64,000 nt of DNA from Podarcis melisellensis (lineage: Eukaryota), in assembly GCA_964234715.1 (NCBI GenBank), contig OZ174284.1; one strand, 5' to 3'. The notes beneath the pieces are model-generated. The model was not told where the DNA came from. It ran no database searches and saw only the letters and a list, made by a program, of their open reading frames with translations. Below, piece after piece: positions 1 to 14,604 of this stretch. The number at the start of each line of letters is the position of its first letter. Position 1 is the first letter of the stretch. A program made the position numbers and the translations under genes.

Positions 1-1584
1 GGGTCAATTCATGCGCTCAGCCCTCGCTGCCTTGCTGTTTGGAACCCTGCTTGCTTCAGCACATTGCTCAAGCCCACTCCCCCCCCTTGGGTTCCAAAGA
101 ATTCGCAAAGGGATGCTTGGCTCCACCCAGCTGTCCCTGTACCATTCAGGAGAGGCAGTGGAGCGGATTTCTCACCAGGACTGAGTCAGCAAAAGCAGTC
201 AGAGGCCGTGAGCCAAAGCGTTGGGGCTAGTCCAAGTTTAGTAAGGTGCGGCCAACTGCGTCCGTATTTGCCACTCGCAGGAACTGCCACCCACGCAGGC
301 ACTGAGGGCATGTTGCTCTTGCACATTGCCACAATGTGGGAGTCCAGCCCACTCGTGTGATCCTGACCCTGCAGCACGTGCTGCTTATCAGAATATTCCT
401 GATCCCAGTCCAAAAACACCCACTCTCCCCAGTGTTCCAGGCAGGTGTTGCTAAAGCAACCTCCAGCCTTCCTGTAAACTGCATCGAATCCAGCTTCAGC
501 ATATTTTGCTAGTGCCACCTCCTGGCTCTTTCTCCTTCTGGCCTCACCTTTCTGCGGGATTCACAAAGTTAGTTTGGTTTTTGTTACAGTTAAATTTAGC
601 TTTTTTTTTTGCGACACTTCTACATCATCCAGTAACAAAAGTTCTCTGGGCAGTTACAGTAAAGGAGGTGCAGGAAACCTGCATCTCTCCAGATGTTGCT
701 GGACTACAATTCCCATCATCCCTAACCCTTGGTCATGCTGGCTGTGGCTCTTGGGGTCAATTGATGGCATCTGAAGGGGTGCAGGCTAGGCACCTCTGCA
801 GTAAAGGTAAGAACCGTAAAACACAAAGAATAATGAAAATCTAAGATTCTTTTAAAAAAACCAAACACCTTGTAAAACAAACCAGAATAGACCAGAGCAA
901 AGAAAATTAACAGCAGTTTAGAAACTCTAAGAAAAAATTAAAACTGTTTTATTTATAATGAAATTTATATCCTGCTCTTTCGTCCAGAGGAGCCCGGGGC
1001 ACTTGGTGCCATGAAGTCTACAACAGTAGCCCTCTGTTGCCGTTTTTCCTGTTAGCATGCATGCATGGTGGGTCTGCTAAGCTGCTTTCCCAGAAGGAAT
1101 TCTTACGTGATGACTGTCTGAGAGCAACAAAGCATTTCCAAAACTGTTTATGATGATGGGGAAAAACATGCCACTTCTTCAAAGGAAGTCAGGAGAATCT
1201 TCTGGACACCCAGATAGGAGGCAGAGAGGTTAGATCTGGCTCCAAATCTTTCTAATGTTGCCTGTTTCACCCGACTGTGATCTTGGATACAAAAGGAAGC
1301 ATTTAACAGTGGCTGTGGCATCTTGGATACCAAAACAGAAGACAACACCCCCACCTTCCATGTTTGTTTCTAATGACTACAAATGACATTTGGATCACCT
1401 GTAGATGATGCATTAGAGGAGCTGTCTGTGTTTTTTTGTGTGTGCATGTGTGTGTCTGTCTCCCCACCCTGTTCCATCTAGGCCTTGGGCCCCAAAGGCA
1501 ACTAAAAACTTAGGTAGCTGAGGTTAATACCATTTCTTAAACTCACATCACATAACTGGCCAGAGCATTTGCTATAAGTTACCA

Positions 1585-1590
1585 TTTATT
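1585..1590 (-). other. Candidate TAB1 polyadenylation signal AATAAA
   Basis: tttatt on + strand about 410 nt downstream of the TAB1 stop; a second candidate lies at 948-953. Confidence 0.4.
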
Positions 1591-1999
1591 CTGCAGAACA
1601 GAGGTATCTTTCATCGACTTAACACATCAGTATCATGAGGCACACCTAAATCTCCAGCAGCAGCTTATATGCACACAAAGTACCTCTCCTGCCAGACATC
1701 TGAGTTGTCATCTTCTCCGCAACAGAGCAACTGTCTGTAATACTGGAGGTGCAGGAGAGGTTGGTCACAACCCTCTCTAATGCCCACAAGGTTTCACAGT
1801 GGAAGGGACCTTTAGAAAAGGGACGTGTTAACATGCCCTGACAAGTTGATGAGAAAGAAATGCTATGAGCGACCAGTCCCAGCATTGACCTCATCCCTTA
1901 ATGGCAGAAGGTGGGCTGTCGGGCGGTGAACTCTTCCTGCCTTGCCAGGCTCCATTCCCCCCCACCTGACAGGGGTTCGGAGGGATTGGTCTCGGCGCA

Positions 2000-3509
2000 T
2001 TATTGCACGGTGAGTGCTCCCTGCTCACTGTGGTCCATGTTCCAGAGGCGGTAGAATTCTGCAAAGTCCACGTAGGGCTCCACACGCCCATCTTCATCCG
2101 GCTGGAGGGAGTGGGAAGGGCGAGAACGGAAGAGGCCCCCATCTGAGCTGGAGCTACTACTCTGGGTGTGAGTGTTGGTAGACTGGAGGGTCACTGTTGG
2201 GCTTTGACTGGAGACGCGGCCAGGGAGGGAAAGAGAAAGAGAGGCAACCTTCAGTCGGCACAAATGACACAGCAAATGCAACCTGAGGCCTCTCCCCTCA
2301 ACTCTGGGGAATCTGCAGCCCTCCAGATGTTCTTGGACTACAACTCCCATCAACCCTGATCTTTAGTCATGCTGGCTGGAGCTGATGGGAGTTGCAGTCC
2401 GACATCATGGGGAGGGCCCAGGTTGACGAAGGCTGTCACAGAGCATCACAGACAATCCCTGTTGCCTGATGTGAGCACTTGTATCAGTACACAGACCTGC
2501 CAAATGCAGGCTTGAGGCACCCACTGGGAACATCTTTTAAGTGTGAAGAGGGCATTAACAATGTAAATGCATATACAGTCTACTAATAAAAGCCTCTCAT
2601 CTTGCACCTGTGTGTAACACACAGAAGTTTCTCCTTTCTTATCCAAGCCACTTCTGCTTTTTTTATAATGACGAAGAGGAACTTTCAGCAAATACTGCTA
2701 ATAGATTTAATTTTTCATTCTACAACTATACAGGGTGGGCACTTTTTTTTGCATGCTCATATTTTTGTACCTATCCCTGAACAGCCAAGAGCGGTACGAT
2801 TGCTCTTTTTCTGGGCAACAACCAGGCAGCCCACTCTTTCTCTGGGGTGCAGCTAAAAGGCACCAGCTTGTTCTTAGCTGAGCTTTGTCCGATATGAATG
2901 ACCTGGTTATGTTTTCAAGGGGGAGGGACAGAACACTCTTGCTCATCATCTAAAGAGGGTTTCTGAGATTAGGCCACTGGACCACAGATTGCCTGCCCCT
3001 ATCATACGGGTTTAAAAGTGAAACGACTAGTAGGCCTCCACTGCTAGGCCTAAGAAGCAGCTAACAGGGGAAGTGGAATGTTGCCTCCAGCAAAAAGGAG
3101 GGCAAAAGGACAGCTGGGCAAGGGGTACTTACTTTGTGAGGGTGGGCGTGGCTTCATCCAATGTGGAGCTACTGTGGGCGCCATTAACCATCTGACCCTG
3201 GGATGGCATGACAAGGGATAGTGTAACGCTGGTCTTGCTTGTGTTCTGGGCACTGGAGTACGGCACCGACACAGGATAAACTCGACCTCCTGAACATGCA
3301 GAATAAAACATTGTAAGCACTAAGAAGGCCAAGATTCTCAGAAAACCCCATACCTCTGTCACTCTACAAGTGGGAAGAATTTCCTGGGACACCATGGACA
3401 AAGATCACTCTCTAAGACAAGGATGATGAATCTTTTCTGACTCATTAAGTCTCAGTCATCCCCAAGGGCCACATGCAAATAAAGAGGACGGCCAATGTAC
3501 CCAAGCATC

Positions 3510-3559
<50 letters not shown>

Positions 3560-6500
3560 GAGAGAGACTACAAATACAGCACCCACAAGCTCACCATAAA
3601 TGCAGGCACACCTGTCTGCCTATCTATCTGTCACACACACAGTTGGGCAGAACAGTTTTGACCTGCCTTGCACCCTCTCCCATACAAGCACACTGAGCTC
3701 CCCCATACCTTGTGTCGGAGTCAGTGTGGACTGGCTCATCTCACCCAGCGGGTACCCAAAATTCCTCACCAGCAGCGACATGTCCTCATGCCGAGCACAG
3801 AACTTGGACCGTTCCCCACCGCTGGCGTATGTGTCACAGTGAATGCGCTTCACTCGATCCACGACTGCTTGAGCCACGGAATCCAGTGAGCTTTGTTTGG
3901 CAAACTCTGTGGCAATCATGGCTGCAATCTCCTAGAAAGAGAGAGTTCTCAGTGGTGGGGAAACTGGAGCTGCTGCTTCAGATATTCTCCCAGCCATGTA
4001 CAGAAGCAGGCCCTGCGCAACTGGGCTAATGTTTAAAGAACCCACCCGCCTGGTTGACTGGGGCAGATGTCAGCCATGGAAGTGGCATCCTACCAGGTGG
4101 AGCAAGTCTGTGCTGACTGATTCCATGGGAAAGAACCACGCAACGTGGACCTGCCCATGCGCATGGGCCCTTCAAACATTCTCACAGAAGCTGCTTGGAA
4201 GCTTCTGATGGATAAGCATCTCCCAAACAGCTGGGAGAACATCTGAAGGGCAACCAGGTAATCAGCCTTAGGGGAAAGGCTGCAACACATCACCCTCTAG
4301 GGTGCCTTTGTTCGGCTACTTGAAAGATGCATTGTGTTTAAATGGTGAAGGCATTCATCACATTCCTACAGAATACTTTCACGTCCACCCTTGTGGGTTG
4401 CAACTTTTACATTTGCTTATTTGGGGGAGGTTAAAGCAGCATTAAATAAATACTACCTTCTCTTGTCTCCTCCGTTCCCTGTCCTGCAACTGGAAGTGGA
4501 GGAAAGGAGAAGCCTGCAGTTTTTTATGGTGGACTTAAATGTAAGAATAAGAATGGAAGATCAGGTGTTGGATCAGGCCAAAAGCCCAGGATTCTCAAGG
4601 TGGCCAATCAGATGCCTACGGGAAGTCCAAAACGTTCTCCCCACCTGTGATTTCCAGCAACTGGCATCCAGAGGCATCCAGCCTCCAACTGTGGGGGCAG
4701 AACGTAGCCTCTGTGGCTAGTAGTTATTGACAGCCTTATCTTCCTCCATAAATTTGCCTAAACCTCTTTGAAGCCTTCCAAGTTGGTGTCTGTCACTGAC
4801 TCCTATAGGAGGGAATCCCATAGTTCAGCTATTGAATCAATGTTCAATAGATGCAGCAGGCAGACCAGAACCTAGTGGCAGAGCCATTGACTGGGGCAGC
4901 GGGGATGGAAGGTAGAGGGAACATTTTCTGCAGGAACATGATTTCACTTCCCTGAAAAGAGTTGTCCCTAGGAATCCTCTTCACCTCTCTGGCCTTCTCC
5001 TGCACAACGGATTTTATGTACTTATAACTATTAGCCTTGCTCATCTCTGTAGCCTAGGGCTACCCAGAGGGGACTATGAGCACAGAGAGCTCAAACACTC
5101 TGGGGCAAATTTCAAATCTAATGATGGGTGCATCTCAGTACGCTGTTTAGACAGAGTCAACCTGAAGACCTGCACAGGATTCCAAGGCCAATTTAAAGCT
5201 GCCCTGGCACTCTTACCTGATTGGCTTGCCCAGGCCCATGAGCTGCTTCCAGAGCTTTGTAGAGCCCTTCTGACATCAGAACCAGAAAGCCCGTGACTCC
5301 ATCGAGTGGATGCCCTCCGTGGATTTCAGGCTCTGCTATGATTGGCTTAGATTTCGCAGCACTGCAAAGGGAGAAGAACTAAGTTAGTACCGGACAGGGC
5401 GTCAGAGACAGCTATGTCTTCAAAAGCAAAGACAGGAAAGGAAAGTAAGACCAAGTATTGGGTCTTGCCTCACCTCAGCAGTTCAATATCACTATAGCCA
5501 TATTTGACTTTATAATCCCCGATGCGCCGAGTACTCTCCTGCCCGCATATGGTTCCTACTTGTTTTATTTTTGCTGCATCCAAACCTGCAGATAAAGAAT
5601 CAGCTCACTGACTTCAGGGCAGATGCTAAATGTGTCCTATAGTTACATTCTAAGGCAAGAAGAGGAAGCCCACTTCACCCCCAGCTAAACAGGCATTTTG
5701 ACTGAACAAAAAGCAGATGAACAAGGGAAGACAGAATAAACTCAACTAAGGAATGGAGGACAGCAAGGAGCTTTTCATCTGTAATATATTCACACAAGAA
5801 AGGAAGTCTGCACATGCATTCAGAAGTGGTCAGGGTGCTTTGATGCAGCCTGAAATCTTTTACACTTGGCAAAAACAGAATTAGACAGCCAGCCAGATGA
5901 ACCCCCACTGCACTCAACTCTACTGTGTCACAGCACTTCCTTGGAAGAAAGAATCTCAATTTCTTTAATAGGCACTGGACTCATAACTGAACTCGCTATG
6001 AGAATGATTCAGTATCAACCGCCATCTTGGCATCAGCTTTCTTTGGGAATAGAGTGCAGGATGAGCTACCCTCAGTCCACAGGTAGATTTCATGTAAAAA
6101 TAATAATAATTTTATTTTCCTACACCCATGTCAACAGAGGATTACATGTCCTGCATCTGACAAAGTGGAATCTAGTTCATGAAAGCCTATGCTATTAAAA
6201 ACTCATTAGTTTTTAAGGTGCCAGAAGAGTCTGCTGCAGTGCTGGCTCTAGGTTTGGGAGGGAACATGGGCAAGACACTCTTTACAGCCCCCCGTTACAG
6301 TGATTTTTGCAAATCACCACCAGTATCGCCAGCTGCTAGTGCAGAAAGCCAATAAGCAAACAAGCAAGCAGTAGCATTCACAGTTCCACTAGAGTGTGAT
6401 GCAGGTGTGCAAGTTGGCTGCAATGGTGAAGAGAAGAAAGTCTGGTGGGCTCTCCTTGGCAAGCCCCCTACTGCATTATGGGCCTCAACAGGATTTCAGT

Positions 6501-9500
6501 TCGGACAAGGATTCCAACAGAACTGGTTTCATAACCGTTTGGTGAAAAAACTGCTGCAGGTGGCCAAGTATTTTGAAGAGTAAAAAACTTGATTAGGGCA
6601 GTGAGTAAGTCACTGTCCTATTTTGAAGCATGCACCAATTATTAGCAGCTCGCCCTCTAGGGGGCAGTTAATGCGCAACAACCCATGACTGTTGGTACAG
6701 TGGATAAGGCATGGGAGGGGTTGTTTTTTTTGCAATCAATGCCTGTGGGCAACAATACATACCACTCAGCTCAGTATGAAAGCCAGGGTGGTTTGGAGAG
6801 CCTGCGCTAAAGAGGTTAAGTTACTCAAAAGCCACAGTTTGGGGCCCTCTTTGTGTCAGAGGCAGAGATGGAGTCAGTGGCTGCTGCAAGTAAAAAATGG
6901 GGTGGAACTGTTGGTAAAAGCATTGGCTGTTTAATTTGTACAGATTTTTGTTTGTTTTTACCTATAAAGTTAGTTAAATTGGAAATATTAAAGTTTGTTG
7001 CTGTAGTTTTGCTTGTTTACCTTACAAGAGAATTGTTTAGTTGCTGATTACATCTATTTATATAATTTTGAATTTTTTGTATATTGTTTGTCAGTTTTTA
7101 TTTTTGTTATTTGTTCTCCGACTCAATTCCCCACCTAGATTCAGTATGAGGAAAAAGTAAGAAAGCTACCTCATCCCTCAGTTATTGATCATTTCTGATA
7201 TCCAGCATGTATTCCCTGTTATGGGGAAGAGGAGACATTAACACTGTAACTTGTCATTTCAACACTCCTGTGTTTGGTAAACACAAAAGCCACCAATGAT
7301 AGTGATGTGCTACAGAAGTGGGAAAATCACCACAAAAGTCTCCTCTCTGGCAGCCTTTTCTCTATTGCACAGTTGAGGAACCCATGGCCCTCTATACATT
7401 AAGGAACTGCACCACCCATCTTCCTTGACCCTTGACCACACTGGCTGGGAATGATGCAAGCACTGGCCCAATAACACCTGGAGGGCCACAGCTAAAGCCA
7501 CCCCTGCTCTGCTGGCTCACCAAGGCCCATCCTCTCCCAGACTTACTTCTCTGCTGCTCCAGGAACGCAACACTCACCCAGCTGTGAAAAGCGGAAGAGC
7601 TCATCGTCATTCTCTGTGGTGTGGTCCATGTTGAGTTGTGTCACTTGCAACCCGTCTACTGTAGATTTGCACAAGAGTGCTCTGTTCGTTCCTGTGGAGA
7701 AGGAGTGCATTTTGCAAAGGTGGAAAGGGGGACAAGTGAGGCACCTGAGGAAATACATACGCTTATTAAGTGCAACCCAGTACTACCCCTCTCCAGAAAA
7801 ACCTGGAAGTGGTGCTTGTTAATGCCAACGTCTCATCTCTCCCGCTTTCCCTGTTGTATTTACCCAGGCAACTAGGTTTAGTGGCTCTGTAAGGATGTCA
7901 GTGAAGCATTACTCTTGTACAAAGAGGCTAAAGTAACCCAGCTGCAACTGCTCTAACTCTTCATCCTCCAGTGCTGTGACCAGGAAGTGCCCAAATCAAA
8001 AACGACATTGAAGAGGAACACACCTACATTGGCGATGTAGAGCTTGTTGTTGAGGATGACTGCCACAATAGCCATGGCCCCTCCAGAGATCTCCTTTTCT
8101 ACAGCCTTCAACCGTTCCAGGATTTTCTGGTACTGGGAAGGCAGCTGGTGATGGGGCACCCCCTAGAATACAGGGTTGTGGAAGCCTGTGTAAAAATTTA
8201 TCAGTGCAGCATTTCTGAAGCCTTCTCTAGACATACCAAAAACATTTGATCCCACTTTTTGCACACCTCCACCCAGGTGTATAGATACCTGCCAGCTTCA
8301 GGCATCTGGTGAACTGAGCACTAGTCTATGAAAGCTGGTCTCATAACAAATGCAGTAGCCTTTAAGGTACTGCAGGAGTCTGTCATTTCCACATTAAAAC
8401 AGCTGTACAGCGTCATGACTGGCTCTAGGCAGATGATTCTTAAACAGGCACAGGCAAACTGCGGCCCTCCAGATGTTTGGGACTACAATTCCCATCATCC
8501 CTGAACACTGGTCCTGTTAGCTAGGGATGATGGGAATTGTAGTCCCGAACATCTGGAGAGCCGGAGTTTGCCTATACCTGCTGCTCTTAAATAATACAGA
8601 ACATATTTTATTCAACATAGATCAGCCACTCCTTATAATACTTTCATCAGGGTTGTGAAAGGATTTTTTTCTCGCCATACAGGTATGCTTTATAGGTGAA
8701 GTGGGGACTGAAATTCACTTTAGTGATTTTGAAACCAGGAAACCAAAGGATTGGTATCCCTTCTGTATTATTAAGCGAGCAGTACATGGATGCAGTTTAA
8801 TGTCTATAGTGCAAAATGAACAGATGAGGTGCACTGCACTTACTGTTTCTCACCCCAGACTGCAGGAGCCACATCAATTCTGGCAAGTCCCAATTTTAAC
8901 CTCTCTGCCATTAAGTTTTTCCAAGACCACCACCAATTCTTCAAAAAGCACCAATGAAGGTGGGATTTTGAAACATGAAATGCTGCAAACGGGACTAAGC
9001 CTGTTTTGCTGCCACCTGCCTCCCAACACACACTTTCAAATTCATTCAGCAGGCTCCAAGGTCCTTCCAGGAAGAAAATGCACTGTTACCGCTTCCTGAA
9101 TTCAATGATGTTTCCTTAAGGCTAGGAAGAGAAGTTACCTCTGGCAGCTGGGACTGGAGGCTGGCCTTCTCTGCTAGTGCATCATCAATGGACTCCAGGA
9201 AACTCCTTTCCACCACATCAAAAGCCTGAGGAGGCCCAGAAGGTAGGCAACACAAAATTATGTATTAGAACAGAAGCTTTGAACTGCTAACTACACAGAA
9301 TCTCCCAAACTTATTTCTCCCTGCATAAAACATCAAAACTTTGCATGTTTTACAAACCACTCAGGAGCTTTTAATTACAACAACAAGTACCAATTTATGA
9401 CTGATTTTTTCCAAAGAAAAAACTCCATTACCTGCAGCAGTATTCTGCGCACATCAGCATCATCATGGTCTGCATTCAGCTGGCCCAACAGGAGCTCCGC

Positions 9501-12500
9501 AGAGAGTCTTTCTCCCACAAAATTGGTGATCCGGTTGCCATCATAACCATTGAAGACCCCATAGAGGTAGCAGTCATTTTCACTCCTGCCAAAAAAGGTC
9601 AGGATGGAAAGGGACAATTAAAGGCATGGCATTCAGCCTGTGGTCTGGGAATAAAAACCTGGCCCACAGGTCATTCAATAAATTAGGAGTTTCTAATGTG
9701 ATGCCCTGCAGGTGCTGCAGAAATACAGCTCTCATCATCCTTGATAAATTGGTCATACTAACTGGGGCTGATGGGAGTTTGGCCTCCCCTACAAAAAATA
9801 TTGCTGGGTTAAAGTGGGCTTGTTGAATGAATGCCATTATTTCTGTTGCCCTGCTCCACCCAAATCTACATGCTGCTTACCTGAATTTTAGCCAGTTATC
9901 CTCTAAGGGGTGAATTTCTGTCCCCTTTCCATCTGTGGTATAGGAACGGTTAGGAGCTGAACCCACACCGGAGAGCTGGCAGAGAGGCAAGTCATCTGTC
10001 CAACTTGGTTGCTGCTCCTGAATAACAGAGTAAGAAAGAAGCCCCAATTAACTTCTTCCAGCCAAAGCCACAAGGATAATGACTATATATCAGCTGAAGA
10101 GTTAGCCTCCCAATTAGGGTGCTACTTTAAGATAGCTGACAATCTCTTATTGAGTCCCCTTTCCACTTGCAGCTGATCCCTTTGTTGCCTTTCTTTTTTA
10201 TTCAGTTATATACTTCATTTTACCTGCCCACACTTCTCCTCCTGCTACTTCTTTGCTAACCCAGCTTCCTTGTCTTCCTTCACTCATACCTCTCCCCACA
10301 AATTAAGCACATACAAAATTCATCTAGCATTAGGTTCCAAAAGACATGTGAAACATATTTCAGATACATAGCTGGTTCTGCAGAGCAAAGCCAGATATGT
10401 TTGATGCATTTTAATGACTGTAACTAGAGAAGTAAAGCCTTCCTGCCACATAAATGCTTCTCTATGCATAATTCAGATTATTATGGTACATATTTCTGAA
10501 CACTTTCCTTGTGCCTTCTAAACAGCTGTCTTTCAGGACAGCCACAACTCTTGTTTACAGAGCAGCGGGGGATGTAAACCAGCTCTCTCTGCAAGGGGAA
10601 AGGGTAACATTCCTTTCCCAGTACAGCAGGGGTGGGGAACCTTTGGCCCTCCAGATATTGCTGAACACATCTCCCTTCAACCCTGACCAGCACAGCCAAT
10701 AGTCAAGGCTTATGGGAGCTGTAGTTCAGCAACATCTGGAGGGCCAAAGGTCCCCCAGCCCCGCAGTAGGGAACTTGTACCATCCCTCTGTACTTGTACC
10801 ACACCTTGTACTGTGGCTCATGAGGGATTTGAGAAACACTGTTTTCCAAGGCCCACTAAATCCAAAAGATCTAGCCATGAGATTCACAAAGTGCTTGTAC
10901 ATGTCCCCCTTCTATCTAGCAAGCCAATGGATGTTTTCCCTGCTTTCCTCCTTACATCTATTGGGAAGGGGGAGTTGATTGGCTCTCCAAAGTCCAACTA
11001 AACCCTGTAGGGATGGCAGTGAACATAAATTTGGGATCCCTGATCTAGGTTCTGACAGACTGCCATACATAGCTGATGAATGCATTCAGTTTGGTGGGCC
11101 ACAATGGGTTGGGTTGGAAACACCTGCACAATTCTCTCTGTACATTCAAGAGACACACAGTTGCACATACATTTGCTTTAGGATCAATATTTTAGCATTA
11201 ATCCACAAATTTGCAAGAGGGGCTCTGAAAAGCTGGTACAAAGTTGGATAGGCACCAGTGCACAGATATGGTGGGGTACCCCCATGTAGTCCTCAGGAAC
11301 CCTACTGTGATCCTTTTCTGGAGTGTAGACAGATGAGAGGTCACAGGCAAGGGGGCTTGAGCAAAGCATATGGGAATGGTGAGGACCAGGAGTACTAAAT
11401 AAGCACATCTTGTGGGCATCACACTTTGATTTCAATTCTTCTATTATGCCCTCCTTTCCCTATCACAAAAAAATGAGGAAAGGAGGAGCTTATTCCCCTC
11501 AAGGAGACCACCTTCTGCTGATCAAAACATCAGGAATTGTGGAAACCACCTCTTTTCTGCTCTTCCCAGAAACATATTGACAAATAATACAACCACAAAC
11601 TTCCTATCTGGGGACCATTAACTTCTGGCTTATATCAGTGTCATTCCCCCCCCCTCCCCGACACACATCTTGAGTTGCCAGTCTCAAACCCCAGGCTGAG
11701 AAAATTTTCCCAGGGACAGCTTTTCCCCATCACGGTATGGCAACTGGAGAAGCAGGAGCCTCTGAAGAAATTACTTTTTCTATGCAACTCAACAAGCACT
11801 TTAGGAGTTTGGCACTGGCATCCTTACACCCATCCTACACTCTCTGCTGCTAGTGGTGCTAATGATGATGGTAGCGGGAACTGGAGAGGGACGGAGAACC
11901 TGTCCCCCTGCCTCGCCCATTTTGTGGGGACCACAGCTCCCATCATGGGCCATCCTGGCACTGGGGATGGAGGGGGTGATGGGAGTCCGACGACTTCTGG
12001 AGGGTCCTAGGTCTCCCATCCCTGGAGCTGGTTAAGCAGAAGCAGAGAGCAGAACTTATATCACCGTGTTGCAGAGAATTTCCAACACGTGCAGCTTTTT
12101 TCCAATGCTCCCGTTGTGAGCTGCACTTGTCCCAAATACCTTCCCTTGATGTCGTTGTTAAAGGCACAAGGCGCCCTGTTTTCTTTTGGCTCTGGCAGGA
12201 GAGCAACACGCCTCTTTCTTTGCACCTGGCCCTCCACAGGCAGGTGGACCACAGCTCCCACCATACCTCTCCATGGGGCATTTTGGCTGGGTCAGATGGG
12301 AGCTGGAGTCCCAAAACACCTGGAGGGCCACAAGCTCCCCATGCCTGCTTTGCACAGATACACGAACCCACCTCTCGCACCCTCCCTCTCTCGCTCCCAG
12401 GCTACCACCCTCGCCTTGTGCTCCCAAGACGGGAACCGCCTCCTCGAGAGGGGAGCCCAGGGGCCCCGAACCCTCCCCTTGGCCCCGGAGAGCTCCCGCC

Positions 12501-12568
12501 CCTAGCGCCCCCCTAGAACAGGCTCGGCTGCTCACGCTCTGCAGGAGACTCCTCCTCGCCGCCGCCAT
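2000..12568 (-). CDS. TAB1: TGF-beta-activated kinase 1 (MAP3K7)-binding protein 1, PP2C-like pseudophosphatase; 11 coding exons: 12536-12568, 9881-10017, 9432-9585, 9139-9225, 8024-8162, 7578-7691, 5474-5585, 5217-5361, 3709-3931, 3133-3289, 2000-2207 (1509 nt, 502 aa)
   Basis: Exon translations match vertebrate TAB1 throughout (MAAARRSLLQS/EQQPSWTDDLPLC, YGVFNGYDGNR, AFDVVERSFLESIDDALAEKASLQSQLPE, GTNRALLCKSTVDGLQVTQLN, C-terminal TAK1-binding region GRVEPYVDFAEFYRLW). All introns are GT-AG with consistent phases and the joined length is divisible by 3. Confidence 0.98.
4541..4830 (-). mobile_element. Degraded CR1-type LINE 3' fragment in TAB1 intron 8
   Basis: taagaataagaa...ggatcaggccaa...tggctagtagttattgacagcctt...aaatttgcctaaacctcttt resembles reptile CR1 3' ends read in antisense. 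Confidence 0.55.
8445..8580. mobile_element. Palindromic hAT MITE (same family as 30877-31012)
   Basis: caggcacaggcaaact...agtttgcctatacctg; approximate TSD ttcttaaa/ctcttaaa. Confidence 0.88.
10627..10763. mobile_element. Palindromic hAT MITE (related family)
   Basis: caggggtggggaacctttggccctccagat...atctggagggccaaaggtcccccagccccg; partial TSD cagtacag/cagtaggg. Confidence 0.8.
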
Positions 12569-12900
12569 CTTTACGCAGAAGCAACATCAACCTCCGCCCT
12601 TCCCCTGGCAAGGGAGAGGGGGAGCAGGCGAGAGGAAGCGGCGAGAGCGTCCGTCGGGCGGACAGGAAGCGTAGCGTCGCGCCAAAAAACAAAACACAAA
12701 AAACTCGGTCACAGCGCCACCAGGAGGACAGAGGGAGGCATCGCAGGCGACTGGCTCTCCCATCTTTTTCCCCCTCCTGGAAGTTGTTCTGTGTCAGGTC
12801 AAAAAATGAATTTGCAGGCATTCCAGGGGACGCGGCGGGTGGGTTGTACGCGTATTCCGGGGCGAACATAAGAGGAGCCCTGCTGGATCGGACCAAAAGG
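12480..12900 (-). promoter_or_regulatory. TAB1 CpG-rich promoter / 5' UTR
   Basis: CpG-dense stretch around exon 1, with ETS/GABP-like GGAAG motifs (gaggaagcgg, caggaagcg) and a YY1-like AAGATGGCG overlapping the start codon. Confidence 0.7.
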
Positions 12901-13555
12901 CCCCCTACCTGAGCATCCTATTTCCCACCCTGGCCAAACAGGAGCCAGGACGTGAGCTCCATATCTGCATCCTGCTGCGCGTCCCCAGTAGCTACTATTC
13001 CAAAGGGAGGCATCTGTGATCCTGGAGGTGGCAGAAGGACCGCCGTTGAATAGCAACAACCACTTCTCCAAGCCGTTCTTGGAAGGGGGTGGGCTATGGG
13101 GCAGAGAGCCTCTCGATGGTGATAGAAGGGTGCAGTGGGCAGTAATGTGTCAGCTTCCTTTGGCATCTTAATTACACACACACACACACACACACACGAA
13201 AACAAAGAAAGTTGCCTTATAACGAATCAGACCACTGGCTCAGTGTGCAGTAACTGGTTGTGATCCTGAACGTAGCAAAGGCATAATCTTGAATCCTTTG
13301 CATGCACTGAGCTGTTGTGGCTGTACAAATCTGTCCCATATTTGTGGTGGACGTCATCAGTGGTGAAGTGACTGGCTGCGCTGTAGCTCCGCCTATGCAC
13401 CATCAATATGTGTGGCACTACTTCAGAGTGTCCCTGCCCTGAGGAGCTTACAATCTTAACATTTGATACAGGAGGAAGATGGAAGCAGAGGAAGAATATA
13501 AGCTTATTTCAATGATGGATAATTAGACTTGACAACAGGATCCATAGGGCATGGG

Positions 13556-13601
<46 letters not shown>

Positions 13602-14604
13602 TTGTGTGTGCGTGTATGTCCCCTGGTCTTCATGGAAAAAGGTTTAAGGAGCAGACAGTGGTGGCACAGGCAGGTGATCTAAGAGGCAGTTCCAGCCATA
13701 CATAATGAACTCAGAAGCATCCAGTACAATGAAGCCTGGAATTGAGAATTTGTTCTTGTGCAAACCCCTGGTTCATATAAAGTTTATTGCACTCAGCTAC
13801 TTCACTTGGGTTATATAAGTGTCACCTACTGGGAGATCAAAAAGTTTTGAGCTGGCGAAGCCTACACTACTCTGAAGCTACCATGGTTACCTGTGTCCTA
13901 TGCAGCATGACCCTGGTGTACTCAGAACCAAGCCCTACTGATTTAAATAGGGCTTACTGCTAAGCAACTGTAGAGAGGGAGATTATATAAAATAAATACC
14001 TAAATAAATAAACTTATTGCCTGCCCTTCAATATTAAAAACAGTTAGAACAAATTAGTCACAGGAATAAGGCGGATTCAGAAAACACACATCAAAGGCCA
14101 GGGTAAAGACATGTTACCTCAGCATTCCCTGAAAGTTGTGCAGTGAAGGCACCAGAAGCACCTCTGTGGGGAGCAAACAGGGATTGCCACAGAGAATGAT
14201 GCCCTTTCCTGGGCCACCACTTTCTCAGGGTAGTGGATCTACCCTTCTGCTGATTTTAACACCTGAAGGCAATGCAGGGAAGGAGGCCGTCTCTCAGATA
14301 TTTGGGGCCTGAATGATTTAGCATGAGCACCATGAATTATGCCTGGAAACAGCTAGCCAACAGCCAGAAACAAGCGTGGCCTGATCTTTTGCATGCTTAT
14401 TCAAACTCCCACCGAGTTCAATGTAGCTAATTCCCAAAATAGGTATGTACAGGACATCTTAATGTCACTGCTAGCGGCATTAATCAGCAGCAACCATAGG
14501 CTATATGGGAAGACTACTTATTACATAGCCTTAACTCATGGCTAATTTTTAGAAAGGGGTAGGTGGCACTCAAATCTGTTTATACCAGCCGAGTATGAGT
14601 TGTT

